The notes beneath the pieces are model-generated. The model was not told the DNA's origin and made no database searches. It saw only the letters and a program-made list of their open reading frames with translations. Source: Pedobacter sp. (lineage in GTDB: Bacteria; Desulfobacterota; Desulfuromonadia; Desulfuromonadales; Syntrophotaleaceae). Taken from it: a DNA stretch of 64,000 nucleotides. Position 1 is the first letter of the stretch. Each line of letters begins with the position of its first letter. The DNA is taken from positions 1-64,000 of the forward strand of contig JBFWJC010000003.1 of the NCBI GenBank assembly GCA_050253415.1, written 5' to 3'. A program made the translations under genes and the position numbers. This document shows, piece by piece, positions 10,484 through 20,987 of this stretch.

Positions 10484-10520
10484 GGGGTAAGGGTACCCAC
10501 CCGGAAGGGTACCCTTACCC
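10484..10520 (-). terminator. Hairpin downstream of aor
   Basis: gggtaagggtaccc-acccggaa-gggtacccttaccc perfect inverted repeat. Confidence 0.6.
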
Positions 10521-10553
10521 AGATTGGCGAAAGAAAGAGGCACTTTCGCCTAC

Positions 10554-12284
10554 TTAGAAATTCCAGAATGTGTCTAGTTCCTCGTTACTCATGTCCCACC
10601 CAACATTGTGAGGAGGAAGTGGCTCTGCAAAAAATTCAGGTAGGCGGTCATGTACATTGGTAAATCCCGCACCCTGATTGAATGCACGTTCGGTCTTGAG
10701 GATAGCTTTACCCATCTCTTCGTACTCTTCTATTGTCTGATTGAGGCCGTACCTTGCGTTAATCATTTCGACTAGAGCCTCATAACTCTCGGGTACAGCC
10801 GACAAAATCATGCAAGGTATATGGCAAAGTCCAATTGAGTCGGTAAGCGCATCTTCAATCTGAAGGTGTCGGCCTTTCTCTACCTGACCTTCATTTTTTA
10901 GGGGATCGAGGCGGCCGCCAATGCCAAAAAGATTGGGACCAACAGCCCATCCTGCAGTATGGTCGGCGCCCATTGGTGATGTGGCATAGGTAACGCCAAA
11001 ACCCTTGATGGTCCTGGGGTCATAAGCGGAAATTGCTTGGTTTTTTACAACGGGTACCCTTGAAACGCCATAGGCTTTCCCAACCGAACCGGCGCCGTTG
11101 CCAAGAATGCGGCCGAGCGGTGTCCCTTGGCGTATTTCCTCATTGATCAAACGATATGCTTCCTCACCATCACCCCAAGGCAGAATATCGGCATCCATGG
11201 CAACACCTATGGCTACCGCAGTGTCAATGGAATCGACACCAATATCGTCCATGGCCCAGTCGCATCTTGCAACGATATCCAGATCGTTTATAAGAGTGTT
11301 GCTGCCCATGAGATTGATGGTTTCGTATTCAAAACCCGATGTTACATAATTACCATCTTTGTCATTGTAGGTTTGCGAACACTTCACGATGCAACCGTTC
11401 AGGCAACCATGAGACGGATGGCCGTTGCGGGATACGATCACGTCATACATGTGTTCACCAGATATTTCCTCCGCCCTTTCGTTTTGCCCGTACCGGAAGT
11501 TTTTAGTGGGGAAGGCCCCAGCACCATTGATGATGTTGACCATCAAGTTGGTACCGTATTTAGGCAGCCCTTCACCGGTTACCGGAAAACTAATCAGGGC
11601 TTTGGCAAAATTTTTGGCATTCTCTTTGAATTTTTCGGGATCCGCAAGCGTGACCGCGGTCGCGCCGGTGTCATCAATGGTAATGTATTTGAGCCTTTTA
11701 GAACCCATTACTGCGCCGCCACCACCGCGCCCATGGCTGCGGATGTTACCGTCAGGGTCTTTTACGGAAATATTGGAGGCGGTCATTTTGAATTCGCCTG
11801 CAGGACCAATGGCGAGGGCGCCGATCTTTTTGCCCATTTTTTCATTGAGTGCACGAAATACCTCGTAGTTTCCTTTTCCGATGTATTCAGCGTCTTCTTT
11901 AATGGTTGCACCATCCTTGTTGATATGGATGCTGTACCACTTGTCTTCCTGGGGCATTCCTTCGATTATTACTGCTTTAAATCTAAGCTTTACCAGGTTC
12001 AGCGCCGCATTTCCTCCTGCGCTGCTTTCTTTGATGCCACCGGTGAGAGGACTTTTAAATCCGGCGGAAAGGCGTCCGCAATTCGCGGCTGCGGTACCCG
12101 ATAAGAGGCCGGGCGCAAATACGAGTTTATTGTTCTTTCCGAGGGGGTCACACGTTGGGGGCACTTCCTCTGAAATAATAGTGGAAGTCAATCCACGTCC
12201 ACCGAGATAGGCCCAGTTATCTGGTACTGGCTCAATGGTACTCGTCAGACTGGTCATGTTAATGCGAAGAATCTTTGTTTCCAT
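10554..12284 (-). CDS. aor: Aldehyde:ferredoxin oxidoreductase (tungsten-type AOR family)
   Basis: 'KSPLTGGIKESSAGG', 'GRGGGGAVMGSKRLK', Fe-S cysteines 'GCLNGCIVKC' and 'DSIGLC', 'EYET', 'DRLPEFF'. Confidence 0.93.
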   Translation of the reverse strand: METKILRINMTSLTSTIEPVPDNWAYLGGRGLTSTIISEEVPPTCDPLGKNNKLVFAPGLLSGTAAANCGRLSAGFKSPLTGGIKESSAGGNAALNLVKLRFKAVIIEGMPQEDKWYSIHINKDGATIKEDAEYIGKGNYEVFRALNEKMGKKIGALAIGPAGEFKMTASNISVKDPDGNIRSHGRGGGGAVMGSKRLKYITIDDTGATAVTLADPEKFKENAKNFAKALISFPVTGEGLPKYGTNLMVNIINGAGAFPTKNFRYGQNERAEEISGEHMYDVIVSRNGHPSHGCLNGCIVKCSQTYNDKDGNYVTSGFEYETINLMGSNTLINDLDIVARCDWAMDDIGVDSIDTAVAIGVAMDADILPWGDGEEAYRLINEEIRQGTPLGRILGNGAGSVGKAYGVSRVPVVKNQAISAYDPRTIKGFGVTYATSPMGADHTAGWAVGPNLFGIGGRLDPLKNEGQVEKGRHLQIEDALTDSIGLCHIPCMILSAVPESYEALVEMINARYGLNQTIEEYEEMGKAILKTERAFNQGAGFTNVHDRLPEFFAEPLPPHNVGWDMSNEELDTFWNF

Positions 12285-12354
12285 TTTTTATGCTCCTCTT
12301 CCCTTTGATGAAACTTCTCTTGGGGGGACCTCAAACCTGCTGGAACGGTTCCTG

Positions 12355-12462
12355 ATAAAATCTCCTTTTCAAGCATGGGAGGCACCGCTGTTTCCAACGG
12401 AACCCATCGGCCTGGCCTCCATAAGGACCTTCCCCGTAGGAAACCACGCTCGGAGATCAAAA
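12355..12462 (-). ncRNA. Moco/Tuco RNA motif (putative Mo/W-cofactor riboswitch) in the aor leader
   Basis: Minus strand: atCTCCGAGC...cctacgg...ccttatgg...ggccgatGGGTTccgttgGAAAcagcggtGCCTCCC...gaaaAGGAGat, matching the conserved Moco-motif segments. Confidence 0.8.
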
Positions 12463-12631
12463 GTTCGATGATGCCGTTTGCCACTGACGCAATGTTAAGA
12501 AATTAGACCCAAACCATTAGGTCGCAACTTTGTTGTTTTTTGTTATGTTAAGAACGAATAGGGTAAATTGGGTTTTATATAGCTTTGTAACTGCTATTAA
12601 ACATTGCTGGCGCGTTTTTTTGATTTATATA

Positions 12632-12647
12632 GGCAACACTTGTGCCA
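12632..12647 (-). promoter_or_regulatory. sigma54 (-24/-12) promoter of aor
   Basis: TGGCACAAGTGTTGCC (GG-N10-GC). Confidence 0.8.
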
Positions 12648-12794
12648 AAGCATAATAGTTAAACATAGCTCTTTGATAACAACCTGTTATTGGTAATCTG
12701 CTCATTACTTGGATTAGAAAAAGGGTGCGCCATTATAGACAGCTAAACAGTGATTTTTTAAAAACAGTCTTTATGTTCAGGGAAGGGGAGTGGT

Positions 12795-12830
12795 TGTCGT
12801 AAAAGACGACAGGTGTAAAAATGCTTTACA
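12795..12830. promoter_or_regulatory. Tandem enhancer (UAS) sites, TGT-N11-ACA
   Basis: tgtcgtaaaagacgaca and tgtaaaaatgctttaca, about 148 bp upstream of the aor sigma54 site. Confidence 0.65.
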
Positions 12831-13490
12831 TGGCTTTAGATAGTTACTTACCGTTGATTTTTCCAGTAGATAGTTTTTGCCGAGGGATAAAATCAGTTTG
12901 TCGCCCTTTTAGTAGGGATAATGCTTGTGAATGAAGGAAGCCCTTTGCACTTTTTTTAACATTTGGCGCGGGCGTGTTTTTGAGTTTCAATTTGGCAGGG
13001 GTTCCAAAAGAAGTAGATGGTCGCTTGGCGCCCATGGGGCCCATCAGGTTTCGGAAATGCCCCTGTTTTGCTCAGGTAAATAGAAAATCCCGATAAACAA
13101 CTTGATGTTGCTGAATTAGTGAATGTTTATATTGTTTTTATTGGATAACGGATAATGGGCTATGCTCGTTTGTCTTTTGGCGATAGTCTTGCAGGAAAAC
13201 AACGGACGGGCTTTTTTTTAGAGAGTTTTGGTAAGATTTGGTCAAGCACGATAAGAGGTCTGTTAAGTTGAGAGGCCAGTTAAGTGTCAGAGACCGGGCG
13301 ATGTCGTCGGGGTAGAAAAAGCTTGTGGTTGTTTGAATCGCCCCAGGTTTACTAAACACTCATATTTTGTCGGTGCTATTGCCTTGAACTCTATCAGTTA
13401 TGATTTTGGCGCTGAAAAATAAAAGTGCCAGCTAATGCTTGTTGGAGATTTGGCAGGAGAAAACTACCTTAAAAACGGGAGGCCACAAGT

Positions 13491-15419
13491 ATGGCTGATG
13501 TTTCCAATGAAAAAATGTATTTGAGAATTCTTAAGTCGATGACTGGGCTCAAATGGGTAATTGACCGAGACTTTTATATTGTTTTTAGCAATTGCCAAGA
13601 TGAAATCATGTATGGGGCTCATGTACAACAGGATAAAAGAGTACATTGCTATAATGTTCATAGCAGAAATCTAAGGTGTGACCCCTGCCATTTAGAGAGG
13701 GTGTTTAGAAATGGCCTTCCGGAATTTACAGAAATAATGTGTCCTTCTGCTCAACGTGAGAAGGTTTATATTTTCCCAATATTTGATGAGGAAGGCACCG
13801 TCTGTATGGCAGGTGTGATGCCTAGAAATGCAAATACTCCTTTACGTCAAATGGTAGAAGAAGCGCTCGGGACAAAAGAAGTATTAATGGCATTTGTTGA
13901 GACGGCACCATTTGCTATACATGCTATGGACAATGAAAAAAAAGTTATCATTTGGAATAAGGCCGCGGAAAAAATATTTGGATGGAAGAAAGAAGAAGTG
14001 CTGGGTAAAGTTCATCCGTTCCATTTTACAAGCTATGCCGATGAAATACTGGGTAATATGTTGCAAGCCCGAATGGGAGAATCTCTTAAATTTTTTGAGA
14101 CTCAGAGAATTAATAAAGACGGAATTGTTTTAGATTTACGTCTATCAAATATGCCCCTGAAAAACAGTAAGAATGTTGTAATAGGTTATATTGAGATCAT
14201 TGAAGATATAACCGAGCGCAATAAAGTACAAATGGCGCTCAAAGATTCAAACGAAAGTTACCGAACTATTTTTGATGCAGCTAATGACGCACATTTTGTT
14301 TTAGACGCCGAGAATGCAGGAATTCTCGATGTAAATTTGAAAACATGCGAAATGTTCGGCTTCGAAAATCGTGAAGAGGTTTTGCTGCACAACTTGGAAG
14401 ACATGATTCCAGAAGAACATTCTGCCAACATAATTGACTTTTTGCGGCGGGTCAAAACAACAAAGATTGGAAAAACGCAAACTTTCGAATCTTTGGCTAA
14501 GCACACATCGGGCCGTCTTTTTTGGGTTGAAGTTGTCATGAAGGGGGTCATCATAGGCGGCAAGTACAGGGTGTTGGCGGTTGTTCGGGATATCATGCAG
14601 CGTAAAACCGCAGAAGAAGAAAATAAAAGAATGCAGGAAAAGCTTTTACATGCAGATAAAATGGCTGCTATCGGCACTTTGGCATCGGGTATTGCCCATG
14701 AGATAAACAATCCCAATAATTTTATCCTTTCCAACGCACAATTTCTGTCAGAGGTTTGGCCTGATATCAAAAATGTTCTTACGTACTATGTCAAAGAGAA
14801 TGGAGACTTTTTTGTACGGAAAATGCCCTACTCCCTTGCAGCACCAAAAATCCCAAAAATAATCGACGGTATAGCTGAAGGGGCATATCGCATCAAGGGG
14901 ATCATTACTAGTTTGAAAGACTTCTCTAGACAAGAGACAACTTTTGAAGATAAGAAAGTTGATATAAATAAAGTAATTGAAGCAGCCTTAACAATGCTTC
15001 AGAATAAGATCAAGAATCATACCGACTTCTTTGAATGCAAATTAGGTGAAAATATTCCTCCTGTAAAGGGTAACTTTCGGCAACTCGAGCAAGTAATCCT
15101 GAACCTAATACTTAACGCTCTTGAGTCTCTTCCTTCCAGAGAACGCAAGGTAGGAATCGTTACATCTTACTCAAAACAAAAAGGTAAAGTTGAAATAAAA
15201 GTGAGTGATGAGGGTGGAGGAATGAATGAAGAAATACAAAAGTCAATCTTTGACCCTTTCTTTACAACAAAGTTTGATACAGGAGGGACTGGTCTGGGTC
15301 TCTTCATATCGTTTACAATTATAAATAAACATAACGGTACTATTGAATGTAAATCAAAGTTAGGGGAAGGAACAAGCTTTCTCGTGATGATACCTAGTCT
15401 TGAAGGTAAAGAAATATAG
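13491..15419 (+). CDS. Cytoplasmic multi-PAS sensor histidine kinase
   Basis: Two PAS/PAC repeats, H-box 'GIAHEINNP', N-box 'QLEQVILNLILNA', 'DEGGGM', 'FDPFFTTK', 'GTGLGL'; no TM segment. Confidence 0.92.
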   Translation: MADVSNEKMYLRILKSMTGLKWVIDRDFYIVFSNCQDEIMYGAHVQQDKRVHCYNVHSRNLRCDPCHLERVFRNGLPEFTEIMCPSAQREKVYIFPIFDEEGTVCMAGVMPRNANTPLRQMVEEALGTKEVLMAFVETAPFAIHAMDNEKKVIIWNKAAEKIFGWKKEEVLGKVHPFHFTSYADEILGNMLQARMGESLKFFETQRINKDGIVLDLRLSNMPLKNSKNVVIGYIEIIEDITERNKVQMALKDSNESYRTIFDAANDAHFVLDAENAGILDVNLKTCEMFGFENREEVLLHNLEDMIPEEHSANIIDFLRRVKTTKIGKTQTFESLAKHTSGRLFWVEVVMKGVIIGGKYRVLAVVRDIMQRKTAEEENKRMQEKLLHADKMAAIGTLASGIAHEINNPNNFILSNAQFLSEVWPDIKNVLTYYVKENGDFFVRKMPYSLAAPKIPKIIDGIAEGAYRIKGIITSLKDFSRQETTFEDKKVDINKVIEAALTMLQNKIKNHTDFFECKLGENIPPVKGNFRQLEQVILNLILNALESLPSRERKVGIVTSYSKQKGKVEIKVSDEGGGMNEEIQKSIFDPFFTTKFDTGGTGLGLFISFTIINKHNGTIECKSKLGEGTSFLVMIPSLEGKEI

Positions 15420-15433
15420 GGAGATCGTTAGAC

Positions 15434-16849
15434 ATGATAAAAGATAATTCTCAGAACGTTTTGCTGGTTGACGACGAACAGCATATTCTTCTTTCTTCAG
15501 AGTCTGCACTTCATCTTCATGGAATCCATGGGGTTGTAACCCTCGATGACAGCCGTCAGGTTCTCCCAATTCTGGAAATAAAAAATATAAGCATTATTGT
15601 CCTTGATCTTTTCATGCCTTATCTATCAGGTATCGAATTGCTTAATATTATTAAGGTCAAATATCCGCATATTCTGATTATTGTTATGACCGCAGCCGAT
15701 GAGGTCAAAATAGCCGTTGATTGTATGAAAGCCGGTGCCTTCGACTATTTGGTAAAGCCGGTTGATAATACGCGCCTGATTACTTCAGTGAAGAGGGGGT
15801 TGGAGATATGTAGCTTGAAGAACGAGGTCACACAATTACGTGAACATCTTCTTTTAAACAAAGTTAAGCAACCAGATGCATTTGAGTCTATTATTTCGGT
15901 CAGTCCGGTAATGTCCTCGATGTTTCAATATTGCGAGGTCGTTGCGGTCTCAGGTCAACCTGTCACCATCCTTGGTGAGACAGGAGTTGGTAAAGAATTG
16001 GTTGCAAAAGCTATTCATGATTTAAGTGGGAAAAGTGGCAAGTTCGTTCCTGTTAATGTTGCGGGACTTGATGATAATATGTTTTCAGATACTCTTTTTG
16101 GCCATAAAAAAGGGGCTTTTACCGGTGCCGATCATAATCGTCCCGGGCTAATTGCTCAAGCTGCGGGAGGAACGGTGTTTCTCGACGAAATCGGCGATTT
16201 GCCGGTGGGTTCACAGGTGAAGTTGCTCAGGTTGCTACAGGAAAAAGAGTATTACCAGGTAGGTTCCGACATCCCTCAAATGAGCGATGCCAGGATTATA
16301 GCAGCAACCAATAGGGATTTGCAGGCCATGGCAACAGACGGCAAATTTCGAAATGATCTGTACTTTCGGCTTTGCACTCATAAGGTTGTTATTCCTCCTT
16401 TAAGGAAGCGATTGGAAGATATTCAGCTTTTGCTCGAATATTTCATTGAAGAGGCGGCCAGCACCATGAAAAAGAAAAGGCCGTCCTACCCTGGAGAGCT
16501 GGTAACGCTTCTTTGTACTTACGATTTCCCGGGCAATGTGCGGGAAATGAAAGCCATGGTGTTCGATGCTGTGGCGCGTCATGGAGCGGGGATGTTATCG
16601 ATGGAAAGTTTTAAGGAGGTCATAGGCGATAGACCCTCGCCTCACGGTTTAGGTGTGCAGCAGATGGATTCAGTAGTCGGCATGTTAAAAAGCTCGATGA
16701 ATCGTCTGCCGAAGATAAAGGAAGTCGAAGGCTATCTGATAGAGGAAGCAATGAAGCAGGCGAAAGGCAACCAAGGCATCGCCGCTTCTCTTGTCGGGCT
16801 GAGTCGCCAAACTCTCAATAAAAGATTACAAATGATGAAAAAGCAATAG
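15434..16849 (+). CDS. sigma54-dependent NtrC-family response regulator
   Basis: Receiver domain (LLVDDE, DLFMP), Walker A GETGVGKE, GAFTGA, FLDEIG, C-terminal Fis-type HTH. Confidence 0.95.
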   Translation: MIKDNSQNVLLVDDEQHILLSSESALHLHGIHGVVTLDDSRQVLPILEIKNISIIVLDLFMPYLSGIELLNIIKVKYPHILIIVMTAADEVKIAVDCMKAGAFDYLVKPVDNTRLITSVKRGLEICSLKNEVTQLREHLLLNKVKQPDAFESIISVSPVMSSMFQYCEVVAVSGQPVTILGETGVGKELVAKAIHDLSGKSGKFVPVNVAGLDDNMFSDTLFGHKKGAFTGADHNRPGLIAQAAGGTVFLDEIGDLPVGSQVKLLRLLQEKEYYQVGSDIPQMSDARIIAATNRDLQAMATDGKFRNDLYFRLCTHKVVIPPLRKRLEDIQLLLEYFIEEAASTMKKKRPSYPGELVTLLCTYDFPGNVREMKAMVFDAVARHGAGMLSMESFKEVIGDRPSPHGLGVQQMDSVVGMLKSSMNRLPKIKEVEGYLIEEAMKQAKGNQGIAASLVGLSRQTLNKRLQMMKKQ

Positions 16850-17069
16850 CTGCTTTTTTCTTATCCCCCTAAAAGAAGGTGATTTTATAAAAAATGGAAA
16901 TGCATAGCTTATATCCTCGGAAATCACGGTTTTGGTAATTCCGATAAGTTCTTTATGAACTGCAAATTCACCAATCTAAAACTCTGTCCGATAATGGTAG
17001 TTTCTTAACTTTCCTTCTGGTGATAAGGGGGCAGCGGTTGCCAAATAACTTTTTTATTATGTTTGATGT

Positions 17070-17608
17070 TCCCCGGGCTTTGCTGGTGAATGGTGCGAAT
17101 TTTCTAACGTCACTTTGCGTTTTGCTTTCTGCTGCGTCGTTTTGGTCTTTTCGGCCAAGCATAATAGCCGCTGAGGGGGACCAGCAGCACGTCACTCATA
17201 ACATTGATGAGATTCATCGTCCGATGCTGATGTATGAAACGATAGATCACTTCGAGTCTACGTAGAAGATGATCATGGTATTTTTTTTAGGATATCGCAC
17301 TCCATAAGAAGGCGTTGAACCCAGCGCTTAAGCTGCCGCAATTCTTCTGCCTCAGAAGTTTGTTTACCTTTTCCGGGGAAGGCCTCTGTGGGATTTTCGC
17401 GATATTGAGTCATCCATTTTGTCCGGCGCAATGGGATGGAAGTTTAGATCGGTGGTTACGTCTTCAACTCTTTGATTGTTCTCGACTATCAAAGGAACTG
17501 GTTCGGTCCTAAACTCACGGGCGAAGCGTCTTCTGCTAGAAACCATAATAGCCCTCCTTGTGCTGTTATAGTAGTTTATCGGACTATCCACAATTTCGGG
17601 GAATATCA
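17070..17608 (-). mobile_element. Degraded IS3-family element (left end, orfA and start of orfB)
   Basis: IRL-like TGATATTCCCCGAAATTGTGGATAG; OrfA 'RRRFAREFRTE...AFPGKGKQTSEAEELRQLKR...DILKK' with A-run frameshift site; OrfB 'IYRFI...SGYYAW'; multiple frameshifts. Confidence 0.8.
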
Positions 17609-17877
17609 TATTTGTTCTTTGGGTTGTAAAAACTCACGTCCAAAATTCTCTATTGTAGCCCTCTATTGCCTGCGACCGTTGCAATTTTACAACGGTTAAG
17701 GCCTGTCGCAGGGTAAATGAGATCCCTCTCTAGGTAATCTATAATTTTCTTGGTTAAAAAATTTCACTTTAAGAACGGGTATTTAGAAAAAAATCTTCTG
17801 TTCTAAATTTTTTTTGAGGGGGGAGTGGGGCTTTCTTTTTATATTGCGGATATATTTAATAAGAAGTAAGTGAAAAG

Positions 17878-17912
17878 TGTCGTTAAATTTGATTCTGTCT
17901 AAAAAGTTGACA
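17878..17912. promoter_or_regulatory. Tandem UAS sites upstream of adh copy 1
   Basis: tgtcgttaaatttgatt and tgtctaaaaagttgaca, about 146 bp upstream of the sigma54 site. Confidence 0.65.
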
Positions 17913-18057
17913 CTTCTACTGTGCTTGATTAAGTGCGAGTTTTTAAGTAGTAAGCGAGTTGGCCTGTATGTTTTTTTGCACCCATTTACTGTTCAGTAGG
18001 TTTGCTACTAATAGAAAAAGATATGTTATTTAGGGTGTTTTTTGCGTTTGTTACAAT

Positions 18058-18073
18058 TGGCATGATAGGTGCT
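18058..18073 (+). promoter_or_regulatory. sigma54 promoter of adh copy 1
   Basis: TGGCATGATAGGTGCT (GG-N10-GC). Confidence 0.75.
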
Positions 18074-18384
18074 ATGTTTAAGTTTGATTATAATCGCGTT
18101 TTTTTTGATGCAGTATTTAGCGCAAATACTAAGATGGTTACAAAATTTCATCTTTTTAGTGAGTTTATGAATCATTGTTTAACTAAACATTGTAAATGAT
18201 TTATGATTATAAAAATTACCCATTGATGAAAAAATTTATTATTGTCATTTGTCCCTGAATCGTAAGCTTTTGATTCATGGGAATTAGAGGTAAAAAGCTT
18301 GTATTTCTACTGCCTTTGTTTGATTTAGATATGTTTTCGTTTACGCTTTTACTATTTTGTAGATACGAAGTACTGAAGCAAATA

Positions 18385-19595
18385 TTTTCTTGAATGGATC
18401 CATAACAACGATCAAGGGAGAGGGAAAATTATGAACATCAAAGCTGCTGTGGTACGGGAAAAGGATGGGGCGTTCAATATCGAGGATGTAGAACTTGATG
18501 AGCCCAGAAATGATGAAGTGATCGTCCGTGTTGCCGGTTGTGGGATTTGTCATACGGACTTTATGCCGTGGAAAGGTACTGTACCCTCCCAATTTCCTGC
18601 CGTTTACGGCCATGAGGGATCGGGGGTTGTGGAAAAGGTAGGGGCTGGGGTTAAGAAGGTTAAGCCTGGCGATCACGTGGTAATGAGTTTTAACTCCTGT
18701 GGAGTTTGTGTTCCGTGTAGAAATGGTCAAATCGCTTACTGTGTAGATCACTTCAAGAGTAACTTTGGGCAGGCCCGCTTTTCAGACGGATCGCCGACGA
18801 TGAAGAAGGGCGATGAAGTAATTCATGCGGCTTTCTTTAATCAATCGTCCTTTGCTACGCATGCTCTCGTGTCCGAGCGCACTGTGGTCAAAATTCCGAA
18901 CGACGCCCCCCTTGAACTTATGGGTCCCCTGGGTTGTGGTATTCAGACCGGCGCAGGGGCGGTCATCAATTCGCTTAATCCTAACGCCGGGGACAATATC
19001 GCGATTTTCGGAACAGGTTCGGTAGGTATGTCGGCGCTTCTTGAGGCAGTCGTCAGTGGTTGTGGAAAAATCATGGTTGTCGATATCAATGAAGAACGGC
19101 TTGAGCTTGCCCGTGAGCTTGGCGCAACCCATACGATTAACCCGATGAAGGTTAATGCCGTTGAAGAAATTCAAAAATTGACAGGGCTTGGTGCCGATTA
19201 CTCTCTGGTTTGCACGGGAAATACTACGGCCTTGCGGCAAGCGGTGGATTGTATCCGGCTCAAGGGTGTGTGCGGCATTGTCGGTGCTCCCGCTTTTGGT
19301 ACCGAAATTAGTCTGGATATTTGGGGTCTGTTGCTGGGACGCACTGTCCGCGGTATTTGTCAGGGTGACGCGGTTCCCGACCTTTTTATTCCCAAATTGG
19401 TAGATCTTTATAAACAGGGTCGGTTCCCCATTGATAGGATCGTAAAATACTATTCGTTGGACCAGATCAACGAAGCAGTGGCCGATACCTTGGCGGGTTC
19501 AACGATAAAGGGCATTGTGCGGCCGTAGAAATAACATTGGTTTAGGGATAGGGAGGGGCTGCTCCTGTAGGGCTCCTTCCCCTTCTACGAATTTT
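18385..19595 (+). repeat. Direct repeat copy 1 (1211 bp: adh, RBS and downstream hairpin)
   Basis: Matches 24719-25929 at offset 6334; main and alternative-frame ORF translations are identical. Confidence 0.95.
18431..19528 (+). CDS. Zn-dependent NAD(P) alcohol dehydrogenase, benzyl/aryl-alcohol dehydrogenase family (copy 1)
   Basis: CGICHTD, GHEGSG, structural Zn CGVCVPC...C, 'FFNQSSFATHAL', 'PLGCGIQTGAGAV', GTGSVG. Confidence 0.9.
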   Translation: MNIKAAVVREKDGAFNIEDVELDEPRNDEVIVRVAGCGICHTDFMPWKGTVPSQFPAVYGHEGSGVVEKVGAGVKKVKPGDHVVMSFNSCGVCVPCRNGQIAYCVDHFKSNFGQARFSDGSPTMKKGDEVIHAAFFNQSSFATHALVSERTVVKIPNDAPLELMGPLGCGIQTGAGAVINSLNPNAGDNIAIFGTGSVGMSALLEAVVSGCGKIMVVDINEERLELARELGATHTINPMKVNAVEEIQKLTGLGADYSLVCTGNTTALRQAVDCIRLKGVCGIVGAPAFGTEISLDIWGLLLGRTVRGICQGDAVPDLFIPKLVDLYKQGRFPIDRIVKYYSLDQINEAVADTLAGSTIKGIVRP

Positions 19596-20002
19596 GCGTG
19601 TCTCAATATTGTGTTTACGTAGGATACCTACCCTGTATTGAAAAATATTCGGAAGTATAGGATGCGCTATTAGTTGAGAATTGCTCACAGGAAAAGGAAC
19701 CAATTTTGTCGCTTTCGTCTCGATTTATGCAGCCCTGATTACGAAATTATTTTTTTGCTTATAGTTTATAGAGTGTTTTTATTAAATGCTTTAAAAAGCT
19801 TGTGTTAGTCGGTTTTGGGTCTTTCTATGTAGTAATGATTGATATTTTGTTATTTGTCTAAAAAAGTTTAAAACTCGGTGTTTTGATATAGCCTTGTGGA
19901 GAATTGGGTAAAAATAAAAAATAGAAAACAAGAAAAATTCAAATATTTATATAAGTACATAGCTTAAATAATGTAAGCAAAATTGACAAAAAGTGGGGTG
20001 TC

Positions 20003-20890
20003 TTGAAAAATTTAATTATTCTTTTGTTTGTAATTTTATTAACATATTCTTCAGCTAACTCATACGCAGCCAATGCTAGGGGTTATATAGCACAGCCTGA
20101 AGGTACGTCAATTATTTTCGCTTATTATAAGTATAACACTGGAGATAGTCTTTATTCCAATGGTGATAAGGTGAGTAACGATCTTGATTTTAACTCACAT
20201 GTCGGAATTATTAGACCTATTTATTATGCTAAAATTGGTGAAGCATTGTACGGAGATGGAGGATTTGTGATTGATCCACAGGTCTGGTTAATGTTCGGAG
20301 ACAAAGACATGGATAGACCAGGGGTGGATTTGTCGTCTTCAGGGTTTATGGATCCGATGGTTACTGCAACATTCTGGTTTGTTAATGCTCCAAAAGAAAA
20401 ATTCTGGATGGGCTTTACTCCAATGGTATATATGCCATTGGGGCGTTACGATAAAAAGAAATCTTTTAATGTTGGTGAAAATCGTTGGACTTTTAAACCA
20501 GAGCTTGGATTGGTTAAAGGTTTTGGGGATAACTTTTATTGTGATTTTGTTATAAACACAGCTTTTTATACCGACAATAATGATTTTTTTAATGGAACAG
20601 GGAAGGTTGAAAAGTCCCAGGATCCTTTATTAGGAATGGAGACACATTTAAGCTATAACTTTACCCCGAAATGGTTTGTATCTTTAGATTATTTTTATTC
20701 AAATGGTGGAGAAACTGAGGTTGGTGGTTTTAAACAAGAAGACGAACAAGATAATCATGCTCTTGGAATTTCTAGTTTTTGGAAAATTGGTAAAAATCAA
20801 CTTTTGATGGTTGAGTATGTCAATAGGTTTGCGGTTGAAAATGGCATTGGCGTAGACACTTTTGGTTTGAGGTGGGGGTGTATTTTTTGA
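20003..20890 (+). CDS. Outer-membrane beta-barrel channel, SphA/MetA-pathway (COG4313-like) family
   Basis: Signal peptide, 'SSSGFMDP', 'PLGRYD...NVGENRW..KPELG', 'FYTDNND', terminal Phe. Confidence 0.8.
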   Translation: MKNLIILLFVILLTYSSANSYAANARGYIAQPEGTSIIFAYYKYNTGDSLYSNGDKVSNDLDFNSHVGIIRPIYYAKIGEALYGDGGFVIDPQVWLMFGDKDMDRPGVDLSSSGFMDPMVTATFWFVNAPKEKFWMGFTPMVYMPLGRYDKKKSFNVGENRWTFKPELGLVKGFGDNFYCDFVINTAFYTDNNDFFNGTGKVEKSQDPLLGMETHLSYNFTPKWFVSLDYFYSNGGETEVGGFKQEDEQDNHALGISSFWKIGKNQLLMVEYVNRFAVENGIGVDTFGLRWGCIF

Positions 20891-20987
20891 GGGAGTAAGA
20901 ACTAAATGTTTCCCTTACATAAAAAACGTCAAAGCTGTTGTTCGTGTTGGAAATTTATTATTTATAGACATTTTATAGTGAATAATT

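Noticed and set aside
11127..12104. 325-aa plus-strand ORF
   Set aside because: Antisense to aor; no recognisable domain
12254..12484. 76-aa ORF upstream of aor (possible MoaD-like gene)
   Set aside because: No C-terminal GG or ubiquitin-like pattern; the region is explained by the Moco RNA motif
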